A stretch of DNA of 59,908 nucleotides from positions 95,344,992 through 95,404,899 of the forward strand of contig NC_068985.1 of the NCBI RefSeq assembly GCF_001194135.2, read 5' to 3'. The stretch comes from Octopus bimaculoides (lineage: Eukaryota). Below, one piece after another: positions 38,847-50,730 of the stretch; within the stretch, counting starts at the first letter, position 1, and every line of letters starts with the position of its first letter. The notes under the pieces were generated by a model. The model saw only the letters and a program-made list of their open reading frames with translations, was not told the DNA's origin and did no database searches. The position numbers and the translations under genes are program-made.

Positions 38847-39539
38847 TAGAGAGTTCTTGTCAAGAATCGATAAACAAAATTATTGAACAGTGTGTGTCGA
38901 ATTGTACTGAATGAATAGTAACTATCACATTTTTTTTTTATAATACGATCAATGGCTACATTAGAAAGCACAATTATTCAATATTTTTTGTGCATTTCAA
39001 TCTGCGAGACATGTCGGGACTGGATGCCCTCGGTGATTCAGCTATTGACAATATATTGTATTAAGTTTCAGACAATCTTTAAATGATGTATTTTTCTTAA
39101 AAAATGTTTTCTGTTTTTAACTTGGAATAGAAATAAAGTAAAAATATAATATATCTATATAATTTAATGCTTAGGATGGTATTTATTCAATGTGTAGCTT
39201 AACATCCATTATACGTTATAATCCGCAATTCCATTCCTTGTATAGATTTTCGAATAGATATAAGCAATGTAAACACTATTACATATAAATATGAACAATG
39301 GAACAATATTACTTATAATTGAATTATCAAATATTTATTCATATAGTAATGCAATTTTTAAACTATACTCTTGTAGATATAGGTTCCTTTAGAGAAAATG
39401 TCATTATAATTGCATGGGAGTAGGAGTAACTTAATGCAGAACAAACACAATAACGGTTATCATTTAAAAAACTATTTACGTTTTGTGTTTTTGTTTTTAA
39501 TCATGTCAGTTATATAGTTCGATCATATATAATGCCACG

Positions 39540-40308
39540 AGAAGGTGCATGGCTCAGTGGTTAGATCGGTGTTTTCCAACGTGTGTTGTAGGAAAATTGG
39601 AGTGAGGTATGCGTTAGCGTGGGTTGTGAAAATTTTTGCGACACTAAGCCTATCTTTAGACATTGAAATTAAAAAAAAAAATCGTCAGGCAATATTTATA
39701 CTTAAGGCATGAGAATAGCTGTAGCTACGACCAATCTGCATACCAAGTGTTGTATATGTATTTGCTAATCGTTTGTTTCTCTGTTTCCATATCTAATGTC
39801 CAATGTCAAGCGTTTATAAAGCAGCAGTGATTTCCGCTCACAATTGAGTCGAGGTATCCGCCAGCCAGGTAACTGAATTTAAGATCGTATTTCTATATTA
39901 AAAAAAAAATGTGGATGGGTACCAGATTCTTTAACAAGCAGGGCAACGGAAATTTTGTAACTAAAAAGTGGGGCACCGTAAAAAGTTTGTGAAACACTGG
40001 GTTAGGTCGTCAGGCTAATGATCATAGGGAGTGATTAACAGACTGGGCTGTGTGTAATGTTATTGAGCAAGGCATTTTATTTCACTTATCTCCAGTTCAC
40101 ACACTTGTAGAATTGATTTGCGACATCACTGTTGCCAAGCTGTATCGGCGTTTGCCATTCCCTTGGATAACATTGGTCGCATAGCGAGAAGTGGTTGTTA
40201 TGGATCGCTGACTGCTGATTTTCACACAAACTGTCTTGCCCTGATTTGTGTCTCGAAGGGGTACTTTCTAGGTGCATTCCCATTGTCATGAATGACGAAA
40301 CGGGGTCG
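39540..40308 (+). mobile_element. tRNA-derived SINE family E, interrupted by a hAT insertion
   Basis: The head GAAGGTGCATGGCTCAGTGGTTAG (39541-64) resumes at 40008 (CGTCAGGCTAATGATCAT...TTGAGCAAGGCATTTTATTTCAC...GCCAAGCTGTATCGG...CCCTTGGATAACA...ACTTTCTAGGTGCA). A similar head stub lies at about 57621-57645. The body was recognised from memory as an octopus SINE. Confidence 0.7.
39567..39999. mobile_element. Non-autonomous hAT (Charlie/Buster-like) element with 8-bp target-site duplication
   Basis: The ends CGGTGTTTTCCAAC and GTTTGTGAAACACTG are imperfect inverted repeats of CAGTGTTT type. The flanks GGTTAGAT (39559-66) and GGTTAGGT (40000-07) match at 7 of 8 positions, with a central TA. 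Confidence 0.8.
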
Positions 40309-40498
40309 TTATCCTTTATATAATGCCAAACATTTTTTCACACGCATACGTATAGAGACGTAGCTCAAACACAAGAACACACTCCTCTGTAAATATATNN
40401 NNNNNNNNNNNNNNNNNNNNNNNNNNNNNNNNNNNNNNNNNNNNNNNNNNNNNNNNNNNNNNNNNNNNNNNNNNNNNNNNNNNNNNNNNNNNNNNNNN

Positions 40499-40569
<71 letters not shown>

Positions 40570-41898
40570 TATATAAATATACGTATATATACTCATACAT
40601 ATTTGGTACAATATCATGTATTTGAAAAAGTAAATGAACAGAAATGGCTTTTCTGATAATTTTCCTACTTTAATAATTAGATGTTTACAACTTTACAAAA
40701 GGTAAAAAGTAGAGGAACCTTTCACAAAATTGCATGCCACCCTTGCACAAGAGACATGCACATATCAGTAACGATCCAATTTTAGAATATGTATTGCCGT
40801 AGCTAATCTGTCAAGTATTCCATATTTTTACTACATATATGCATACATGCATACAACTGCTGTTATTTCTTCAGTAACAGTTTTCCAGCATCGAGACGAT
40901 CACAAAATCTGTCGGCAAAGTGACATCACGTTGTGAAATCGATATTCTAAAACTACCCAGGAGGGTTGTAAAGTGCTGTGGCTTTATGCTTGAAATTTCA
41001 AAGCAGAAATTGTTTCTTGTACATACAAATCATTTATAATGATCAATATCTGATGTTGCAATATTTACCGTTTCCGCCATACAGAAGTCGCATTTGCTTC
41101 CCCGTGCCCTACATATGATTACCTTAGTTACGATACTCTACATTATATGTTCATGTTAATCTCTCTAAGTGTCTATACGGTATTGGATAAACACGTTTTC
41201 TGTCATTCCTTTTTGTTTCTGAACGAAGGCGAATGCTGCGTATATCCTTCCTTGAAGGTGTTTCCTGTCATTCCAATATAATATTTTCTCTACCCTTCAG
41301 TATCGTGAAGCTCACCTCGTAAATTACTTGTTTTTACCGGGAACTATTTATTGTTCAAGTAAAAGGTATGTGTATGCGTATACCCACATATATTTGTGTT
41401 TGTGTCAAAGGTACAAGCCTTTGCGTAAATGGAGGCAGGTGTGAGAATGTGGGAAGTGTAGGTGGGTGAGGATTGATTCTTAATTTCATGCGTATGTGTT
41501 TCAAAGTGTGATGATTACGCGTGCAATTACGTGTGTACATGCGTCCGTGTGCTAAAACTGTGAATGCAATGAAAGAAAGAATCGACGAGTGTATAAGCAT
41601 GTGGAAACTATAATAGTGATTTGAATGTGCGTGTGTGTATCTGTGTGTTTGTCTGTGTAAGTATGGAACTGGTGGGGGATGTGAGAACTTGAGGATGTGT
41701 GATTGCATAAATTCAGAGAGGAAAAACGAATTCTTGTGTAGTTGCTTTACAAATTGGTACAAGCACTTATAAACTTCAATATGTACTAGTTACCCAACCG
41801 TTTTCTGTTCTGAAGTGTGAAATGTTGAAAGGTGAGATAAAACTAAATACACGATCTGCACTATATTATGATATACCGATAAACTAGAAAATTCCCAC

Positions 41899-41899
<1 letters not shown>

Positions 41900-41955
<56 letters not shown>
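41900..41955. repeat. (AAT)n/(GAT)n microsatellite
   Basis: Read directly from the sequence. Confidence 0.9.
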
Positions 41956-42774
41956 ATTGTACAACTGTGATAAAACGACGTGAGGTGGGGCCTGTTTATA
42001 TTATAGGATTTCTTCAACAGAATGATTTTCTTTCTATATTCCTTTTTCTAATTTTTCGGACAGAGTGATAATTCATCTAGTTCAATATCCTTTGGGATAC
42101 CAATACAATTCTATTGATGCTGTAGGTGTTCATTACCGGGAGGTGTGATATTTTTGGATTGTTTTAGTTCATCTTGCAATCAGATTTCCATGGCGAATCT
42201 TAATTCAATTACTTTGGAGAATTGATCCCTACACTAGGTTGCTTAGTAAGATTCTCTTTGAATGAATTCATTAACCGTTTCAGACACATTACAAGGTGCA
42301 AGCAAGGTCTTGTACGTCTGAATTTGTATTCGACGGTATGAAATAGCTATTTAGTGCGGTGTTAGGGAAATAGATATTGACACACCGTTCCAGAAGTCAG
42401 TCATACTAAACTATACTGTCTAAAATTCAAACATGATAATTTAGATTTTATTTCCCCAGCAAGCTGCACCCGTAAATAAAATCATTTTTCTGCTTAGTAC
42501 ACATTCATACAGCAATACATAACTAACTTTAATTGAAGCTACAGCAGCCTCCGTTATGATCTGTTGAACATTTGCATTTGTAAAGAGGCTAATTATAAGG
42601 CGTAAGGCGTGACACGCCTAATTATAAGACGTAAGGCGTGACTCGGTAACTAGTACAAACATGTTTGCAAATTCTAGGCTGACACCATTCAGAATATCTA
42701 ATTTTACCTGATAACGAAGGTATTTTCGATACGAAACCTATTTAAGTACTAAGTAATGTTAGTAATTGATTGCA

Positions 42775-42995
42775 GCTCTCCTCGTCCAATCATAGCACAT
42801 GTCCATACCAGCGCGGTCGTTTCTCTTACACACCACATCTGATGATTCTTATGTCCAACGTTTTCTCTCAGGGCGCTTACACGCTGTCGTGTATGCACAC
42901 TGACCTTACATACCCAGCGGACCATACAAGCTTTATTTCTTTCAAGCCTACACACATCTTCAGCAGTCACAGCCCATGTTTCAATGCCATATCAT
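42775..42995 (-). mobile_element. RTE-clade LINE 3' fragment
   Basis: HGIETWAVTAEDVCRLERNKACMVRWVCKVSVHTRQRVSALREN, then after a frameshift RPRWYGHVL, the RTE post-RT RLRWxGHV motif. Confidence 0.85.
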
Positions 42996-43452
42996 GGCTG
43001 TTTTATATATATATATATNNNNNNNNNNNNNNNNNNNNNNNNNNNNNNNNNNNNNNNNNNNNNNNNNNNNNNNNNNNNNNNNNNNNNNNNNNNNNNNNNN
43101 NNNNNNNNNNNNNNNNNNNNNNNNNNNNNNNNNNNNNNNNNNNNNNNNNNNNNNNNNNNNNNNNNNNNNNNNNNNNNNNNNNNNNNNNNNNNNNNNNNNN
43201 NNNNNNNNNNNNNNNNNNNNNNNNNNNNNNNNNNNNNNNNNNNNNNNNNNNNNNNNNNNNNNNNNNNNNNNNNNNNNNNNNNNNNNNNNNNNNNNNNNNN
43301 NNNNNNNNNNNNNNNNNNNNNNNNNNNNNNNNNNNNNNNNNNNNNNNNNNNNNNNNNNNNNNNNNNNNNNNNNNNNNNNNNNNNNNNNNNNNNNNNNNNN
43401 NNNNNNNNNNNNNNNNNNNNNNNNNNNNNNNNNNNNNNNNNNNNNNNNNTAT

Positions 43453-43596
43453 ATACGATGGGCTTCTTTCGGCTTCCGTCTACCAAATCCACTCACAAGG
43501 CTGTGGTCGGCCCGAGGCTATAGTAGAAGATAGCTGCCAAAGGTGGCACGTAGTTGGACGGAACCCGGAACCATGTGTTTGGTAAGAAAGCTACTC
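43453..43596 (-). mobile_element. SINE family C head/core
   Basis: GGGCTTCTTTCGGCTTCCGTCTACCAAATCCACTCACAAGG...GGCCCGAGGCTATAGTAGAAGA...GAACCCGGAACCATGTG matches 12480-12620. Confidence 0.9.
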
Positions 43597-44127
43597 CATT
43601 TTTCAATGAAATTCCAACGGAATCTTGTCTTCGAGTATTCTTTGCAACATTTTCTATATTGCAATACTGATATAACCTAGTACTTTTATGCGTTACGCAC
43701 CCATTAGGTTTACGAAGTGACAATCTCGTTCCAGAACTGACAACTGCAGTGAAATGGTTAGATTTGTTCTTTGAGTTTCCTCCGATGGGATCTAGCTGAA
43801 TCTCACGAACTGTATTCTGACAAATCAGATGTCGCGGCTTGGTGAGCGCGACAACTAATTTCTAAATGTATTTCGACCAATCAACATGTGACATAAATGT
43901 CACGGTTTAGTGAATGCACTGATTTGTTTATCACTTATTCCATTTTTTTCAATGAGATATTTTAGTTATTTGGTGTGCGGGTTGGACGTCACGGTTTGGT
44001 TGGCATGTCAAGAATACTTTGCTTTGACCACATCAAACGGAATATTTTTAGCCAGTGTGCGTGTGTGTGTGTGTATGTGTGTGTATGTATGTGTGCGTGT
44101 GTATGTGTGTGTATGTGTGTGTATGTA

Positions 44128-44167
<40 letters not shown>

Positions 44168-46065
44168 TTGAATGCCAAGTTATATAAAAATAAAATTTAA
44201 CAATAATATAAATATTTACTATTACCGAATAGCATTTCGCATTTTCGTACAGTACAATGTAAGGAGTGACTGTGACTTCGAAGGAACAGATTGAAGGACT
44301 TTCTTGACTATGCAACCATTGGCTTTTTGGGATTTTATATAATCATTGNNNNNNNNNNNNNNNNNNNNNNNNNNNNNNNNNNNNNNNNNNNNNNNNNNNN
44401 NNNNNNNNNNNNNNNNNNNNNNNNNNNNNNNNNNNNNNNNNNNNNNNNNNNNNNNNNNNNNNNNNNNNNNNNNNNNNNNNNNNNNNNNNNNNNNNNNNNN
44501 NNNNNNNNNNNNNNNNNNNNNNNNNNNNNNNNNNNNNNNNNNNNNNNNNNNNNNNNNNNNNNNNNNNNNNNNNNNNNNNNNNNNNNNNNNNNNNNNNNNN
44601 NNNNNNNNNNNNNNNNNNNNNNNNNNNNNNNNNNNNNNNNNNNNNNNNNNNNNNNNNNNNNNNNNNNNNNNNNNNNNNNNNNNNNNNNNNNNNNNNNNNN
44701 NNNNNNNNNNNNNNNNNNNNNNNNNNNNNNNNNNNNNNNNNNNNNNNNNNNNNNNNNNNNNNNNNNNNNNNNNNNNNNNNNNNNNNNNNNNNNNNNNNNN
44801 NNNNNNNNNNNNNNNNNNNNNNNNNNNNNNNNNNNNNNNNNNNNNNNNNNNNNNNNNNNNNNNNNNNNNNNNNNNNNNNNNNNNNNNNNNNNNNNNNNNN
44901 NNNNNNNNNNNNNNNNNNNNNNNNNNNNNNNNNNNNNNNNNNNNNNNNNNNNNNNNNNNNNNNNNNNNNNNNNNNNNNNNNNNNNNNNNNNNNNNNNNNN
45001 NNNNNNNNNNNNNNNNNNNNNNNNNNNNNNNNNNNNNNNNNNNNNNNNNNNNNNNNNNNNNNNNNNNNNNNNNNNNNNNNNNNNNNNNNNNNNNNNNNNN
45101 NNNNNNNNNNNNNNNNNNNNNNNNNNNNNNNNNNNNNNNNNNNNNNNNNNNNNNNNNNNNNNNNNNNNNNNNNNNNNNNNNNNNNNNNNNNNNNNNNNNN
45201 NNNNNNNNNNNNNNNNNNNNNNNNNNNNNNNNNNNNNNNNNNNNNNNNNNNNNNNNNNNNNNNNNNNNNNNNNNNNNNNNNNNNNAAGCGAGATACGTAG
45301 TAGTAAACAGGAAGAACGAGAGGGGGAAAATGATAGAGAAAGAGAAAGAGAAAGAGATAGAGTAGCGTCGGAAAATATGAAGTTACGAAAACTACTTACA
45401 ATTGGAGACGCTGCGTTCAGTCATGTAAAAACAAATAGTAAATGAGTATATGCATATATACGTACAGGTATGTGCATACCGACATCCACCTGTATGTATA
45501 GGTGCATATCTGGGTACAGGACATTGCAAACAAAACAGAGACGAGAAAACACACAAGCCACATAGAGAACATTCTACTTCATCAGCTACCCCCGTTTTAA
45601 CACCGGCGTTTCGAAGAGCTGGCCAGGACGCATCGTTAAAACAACTTGTAGGGTAGTTACCACAAAGTAACATGACAATTAGTAGGTGTATATGTAAGTC
45701 TGCGATGTAGATGTATTTGAAAGAGGTTAGATGTGCATAGGAGGAAAATATTGTTGATTTGGAGACATGGATGTGTTGCATTTTTTAAATTTCCGAAATA
45801 TTTTATGCTGGATTTAATGCAGCGTAATCATATACAAAGAAATTTGCTTATATGCTGTTATCATACTTAATATTCCTTATATATTCGAGATGAGTTTCTT
45901 AACCATGGATTTGTCGCATTCTGAACATTTTAAATTTAATGGTAATCTTGTAAATTGAGAGAACATCTACTCACAACATCTGTGCACATATAACCATACA
46001 ACCACAAGTAAGCAGGTGCACAAACACATACACATACATACATACATGCTTATATACATGATAAA

Positions 46066-46100
<35 letters not shown>

Positions 46101-47284
46101 GTATATACGTATACTCACAAACAAATGCACAAGCACATAAACGTACATACATACATGCTTATGTACATGATATACACTCACACACACACACATGTACATA
46201 CGTATACTTACAAACATATGCAAACGCGTATATATCTATGTGTGCGCCTACAGTTTATCTATATAAGTATATATTTTCAAATATGCATGTCTCCATAAAT
46301 TAATCATGTATCTGCATACCTTGTCCTCGCCAATAAACTATATTTATAGTATTGAAAACTGTCTTCCGATTAAAGATCTAAGGTTTACGAAATTTTTTGA
46401 AGCTTTTTTTTTTTAAATCCGGCACATTTAATTTATTTTCTGCTTACTACTTCTAGCACCGCGAGTGTCACTTCTTTTATTTTTTTTATATAAATATCAC
46501 TAAATGTGTAACATTTAAGGTATCATTTTGCAGTTTTAGTTGATTATTTCTTTTGTTTACTCGTCTTGCTCATGAACCACATCTCAGTATAAACACAAAA
46601 AAAAAAGCTTATTGGTGGCGTACTTCAAAGGAATCATTTAATTACTTTCAAAATAAACTTCAGTCATCTGCCATTGGTGTGTTTTGTTCTAGATATTCTT
46701 TTAAAATTTTCCTATTCAAGTACGCAAAATATGTTTGTTTGGATTGGGGTGTAAATTTAATTAAAAGCAAAAATACAAGAATTAAACCAGTAGAACAAAA
46801 TGCCAGCCTAATTCGTTCTTACCATAATGATGTAGAAGCTACATGTGTTACACCTGATATTTTGACCCAAATACTATCAATATAAATAATACCCACATGT
46901 ATTAAACGAAGGAGATCGTGTCTACTCCTCTTCTACAAACCTAAAACAGACTATGAATTTTCTTTTTCAATAGAATTAACTGATGTATTCATTGTACGTA
47001 AGTTACGGGAAAATATGCGGCAAATATAAATCACAAATATTTTAATTATCACATTTTGTCTCGAAAATGAGAAACATTGCATACATCGCTGCTAAAGTAT
47101 CGCTCAGAATATAACGCATTTTCTTTTAGAATGTGATATTGCACTTTCCTTGTGTGGGCGATTACCCTCTAGAAATAGCATGTACTCTTTTTTCGTTTGT
47201 TGGAGATATATCCCATGTTGCGTTTTGTTTAGAATCGGGGATAAGTAAGGTATGTGATCTCGATATTAACACTGTTAAAAAATA

Positions 47285-47466
47285 AAGCGGTAAGCTGGTA
47301 GAATCGTTTCATGTTCTTACGTCAAATACCGCGGAGGTCGAATTTAGCTTCGGTCCTTTAGGGGTCAATAAATTAATTACAAGCTGAGTAACTGGGTCGA
47401 TGTAATCAACTTGGACCTCAGCTCACACGGCTTTCAGACCTTCTGCCAAAATTTGAAATCAATATT
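47285..47466 (+). mobile_element. SINE family B, diverged copy
   Basis: AAAGCGGTAAGCTGGTAGAATCGTT...GGAGGTCGAATTTAGC...GGGGTCAATAAATTAATTAC...GGGTCGATGTAATCAACTT. Confidence 0.75.
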
Positions 47467-47499
47467 AACACTAGAAAAACACCGGAAAACTTTAAATCT

Positions 47500-48070
47500 A
47501 TGCTCACCTATACCCCATCTCGCTATATATCATTCACTGAATACATACCGCTAGAGCAGCAGATAAAGAAGAAAGAAGAGATGGGAAAAGAGGAGTCCAG
47601 AAGGAAGGAAGACGAAATGGTAGTGGAAACAAATGAGCGTAAAGAAAAATTTAAGGTGTTGCATGATGAGGAGACACTGGTGAGGACATCGGTTGTTCCA
47701 ATGGAGGAGGAAAGTTTGGAAATGTAACTGGAGAGTCTGCTGAGGGTGGTGGAAAAAGGAAGAAGGTAATAGGAGTGGAGCAGGAAAGGAGAAAACAAAT
47801 GCGAAAAGGAAAGTTTAGATGGAATTGTGTGACGTACACAAAAAGCAAAGTAACTGAAAAGAAAGTATTAATTGTAAGCATATTATAAGATTCAAGTTAC
47901 CCACGGATGTGTACTCCGAGAATGTGAAGACCATCGTGGTTGACAAAGACACCTACAACAGATTAGAAGACATGTGGAGAGGGATTGACCCGCCAGGAGA
48001 GATGGTGGATTTCGGTGAATTGCCACCAGTAGTGGAGCTAACGGATTTAGAACCTTTGATGAGGTATTAA
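47500..48070 (+). pseudogene. Frameshifted purine-rich ORF of unknown family (probably transposon-derived)
   Basis: Three consecutive open segments joined by two frameshifts: ...EEMGKEESRRKEDEMVV...PMEEESLE / NVTGESAEGGGKRKKVIG...KGKFRWNCVTYTKSKVTEKKVLIVS / IIRFKLPTDVYSENVKTIVVDKDTYNRLEDMWRGIDPPGEMVDFGELPPVVELTDLEPLMRY*. No family recognised. Confidence 0.5.
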
Positions 48071-48116
48071 AAAGTTTTTAAAAAATAGTAAAATTGAAGA
48101 AAGAAGGAACAAAATA

Positions 48117-48179
48117 AAAGTGTTTCATTTTAAAATGAAAAGTGTTTCATTTTAAAATGAAAAGTGTTTCATTTTAAAA
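48117..48179. repeat. Tandem array of about 2.9 copies of a 22-bp unit containing an 18-bp palindrome
   Basis: The unit AAAGTGTTTCATTTTAAAATGA starts at 48117, 48139 and 48161. TTTCATTTTAAAATGAAA is its own reverse complement. Confidence 0.95.
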
Positions 48180-48442
48180 GAGGAAAAAAACGAGAAAAAA
48201 CAATAAGATAATAGAACGATTGTAAATAGTTTATATAAACGTTCAAATGGTATTGCATGGAAGTAGGGGCCATGCAGCCAATTCATTATTCATTTTTATA
48301 TAACATCTTATTTTCATTCGTTTTATGTTTTTTAACCCCACGGTGATGTCTTTGTAGTGTCCTCTCTGTGTTGTGGGCGTAGTGCCAAAACAAAGGAACA
48401 TTGGTGGAGGTTAGCGCACCCTAACAGCTCTTGTTGTTATTA

Positions 48443-48477
<35 letters not shown>

Positions 48478-49680
48478 ACACAGAGTCGCACACTTGTATG
48501 TATGTATATACATACATAAATGTGTGTGTATGTATATACATATACATACNNNNNNNNNNNNNNNNNNNNNNNNNNNNNNNNNNNNNNNNNNNNNNNNNNN
48601 NNNNNNNNNNNNNNNNNNNNNNNNNNNNNNNNNNNNNNNNNNNNNNNNNNNNNNNNNNNNNNNNNNNNNNNNNNNNNNNNNNNNNNNNNNNNNNNNNNNN
48701 NNNNNNNNNNNNNNNNNNNNNNNNNNNNNNNNNNNNNNNNNNNNNNNNNNNNNNNNNNNNNNNNNNNNNNNNNNNNNNNNNNNNNNNNNNNNNNNNNNNN
48801 NNNNNNNNNNNNNNNNNNNNNNNNNNNNNNNNNNNNNNNNNNNNNNNNNNNNNNNNNNNNNNNNNNNNNNNNNNNNNNNNNNNNNNNNNNNNNNNNNNNN
48901 NNNNNNNNNNNNNNNNNNNNNNNNNNNNNNNNNNNNNNNNNNNNNNNNNNNNNNNNNNNNNNNNNNNNNNNNNNNNNNNNNNNNNNNNNNNNNNNNNNNN
49001 NNNNNNNNNNNNNNNNNNNNNNNNNNATATATATATATATATATATAGTTATATATATAAGGATGTATCTATGCATTCATCTATACACCTCTATCTCTGT
49101 ACATATATATGAATGCATAATATATATAGACATATATGTGCTTGTATGCGTGTGTATATGTGTCTGTGTATATGTGTGTTTGTGTGTTCATGTGTGTGTG
49201 TATGTACATATGTTGTTTGTCTGTCTTAAGGAAGAAATTATATGTGAAACCTGCCCAGGATATTATTGTGTTAGCTTTTGTTTTTGTTGTTCCCTTTTTC
49301 ACTTGTCTACGCATATGTTTATTGTTTGGCAACACTCCTAACTCTATGTATAAGATTCTTCAAAAATACTCAACACTAATAATGGAGTACGAACAATGTG
49401 GAAGATACGTAAATTTCATCGTTATCTTGGCATGATACCATGTCCAGCTTCCAAAAATGTATGGATATATACATACGTACACCCACACACGCACCCACAC
49501 ATGTCATATACGCGCACACAGTCATACAAAATGTGTATGTATATATAAACACGTTCATATAAATATATATATATTTATTTATAAATATATGCATACATAT
49601 ATATATAATATATANNNNNNNNNNNNNNNNNNNNNNNNNNNNNNNNNNNNNNNNNNNNNNNNNNNNNNNNNNNNNATATA

Positions 49681-49721
<41 letters not shown>

Positions 49722-50239
49722 TATATACGCGCGCAAACATTCATAGAAACACACACACACACACACACACATACGTGTACAAGATAATAAAGGTTGTTAG
49801 ACGCAAGATACAAACAAAAAAGGAAAAATTCACTTGTCACTAATAGTGACTTTGAATGCATGGTAGAAGCTACATTTCTAGAAATAAGTCAAATAATCTT
49901 CTAGCCACAGACATAGCACAATTCTATATACAGACAGGGGAGTTAACCATCCCATATCGAAGGAGGGAACTGTACTGGAAAGTAAATTTCGATTGAAATT
50001 AAGCTCATCAGTAGTACTACTCCATCGGTGATGGTTTAGTCAAAGCCAACCTCTCAGTATATCGATTTTACAGTAAGAACCAATACTTGATTCAACAAGA
50101 TGGTAGTGTGAAAATTATAAAAATAATATAGGTGGATAAACGCAATTTTCAACGGAAAAGGAAAACTCAGTTGTCATTAATAGTGACTGATGCTGCATGG
50201 TAACAACTACATTGAGAGAAATGAGTCAAAGACACTTAT

Positions 50240-50560
50240 AGTCTAAACATAGCACAAGTATATCTACTGACAGGTGAGTAAACCACCCCGTAGGTATTTA
50301 TGTATTTATTAGGTTTAATATACTTATTGTATATAGTATTTATACTGTTTGTGGGAAAATTATCATTAGAATATATTCTGATTAAATTATTTATGTGTTT
50401 TTCATGCTCCTTTTGTCCCATCTATGAGCTCGGTGCATTTTATTAAAACCATTTATAGGATGTCATGTAACACTAGTACCTTCGTCAATATATTCCTGGG
50501 CCGAGACTCATGTCTTGATGGCTTTGTGGGTAAAGTTATAGGAAGATATCAGCACTGGAG
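50240..50560 (-). mobile_element. Decayed Penelope-like element fragment (RT thumb/linker upstream of GIY-YIG)
   Basis: The minus strand gives KMHRAHR followed, after a frameshift, by EHEKHINNLIRIYSNDNFPTNSINTIY, reminiscent of the PLE RAxR...L.xNxYP..I region. The match is weak. Confidence 0.35.
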
Positions 50561-50607
50561 ATCCTGAAGTAGAATTTAATACTTCCCAGGTCCCTTCTGA
50601 AACATTT

Positions 50608-50730
50608 AAGGTGGCGAAATGGCAGAGACATTACCGTGTCGGGCAGAATGATTAGCCGCATAACACTGAGTTCAAATACTGCCAAGGTCAGCATTGCCTT
50701 TAATAATTTCGGTTTGGAGAGAATAATTAC
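50608..50730 (+). mobile_element. SINE family B, highly diverged copy
   Basis: AAGGTGGCGAAATGGCAGA...CTGAGTTCAAATACTGCCAAGGTCAGCATTGCCTTT matches the SINE-B head and B-box. Confidence 0.6.

Noticed and set aside
40086-40289. ORF MTMGMHLEST... on the minus strand, and an overlapping plus-strand frame behind an apparent splice acceptor (TTTCACTTATCTCCAG|)
   Set aside because: The segment is the body of SINE family E, continuous with the tRNA-like head once the hAT insertion is removed.
43830-43853. GC-rich hairpin TGTCGCGGCT-TGGTG-AGCGCGACA, possibly a Helitron 3' end
   Set aside because: No correctly spaced CTRR terminus and no 5' TC end or second copy were found.
45575-45630. CGAAAC and CTGATGAAG on the minus strand, suggestive of another hammerhead
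   Set aside because: Stems II and III cannot be formed and no valid NUH site is correctly placed.
48117-48179. CRISPR-like appearance of short palindromic repeats (also 10796-10840)
   Set aside because: The units are directly adjacent with no unique spacers, the context is eukaryotic, and there are no cas genes.
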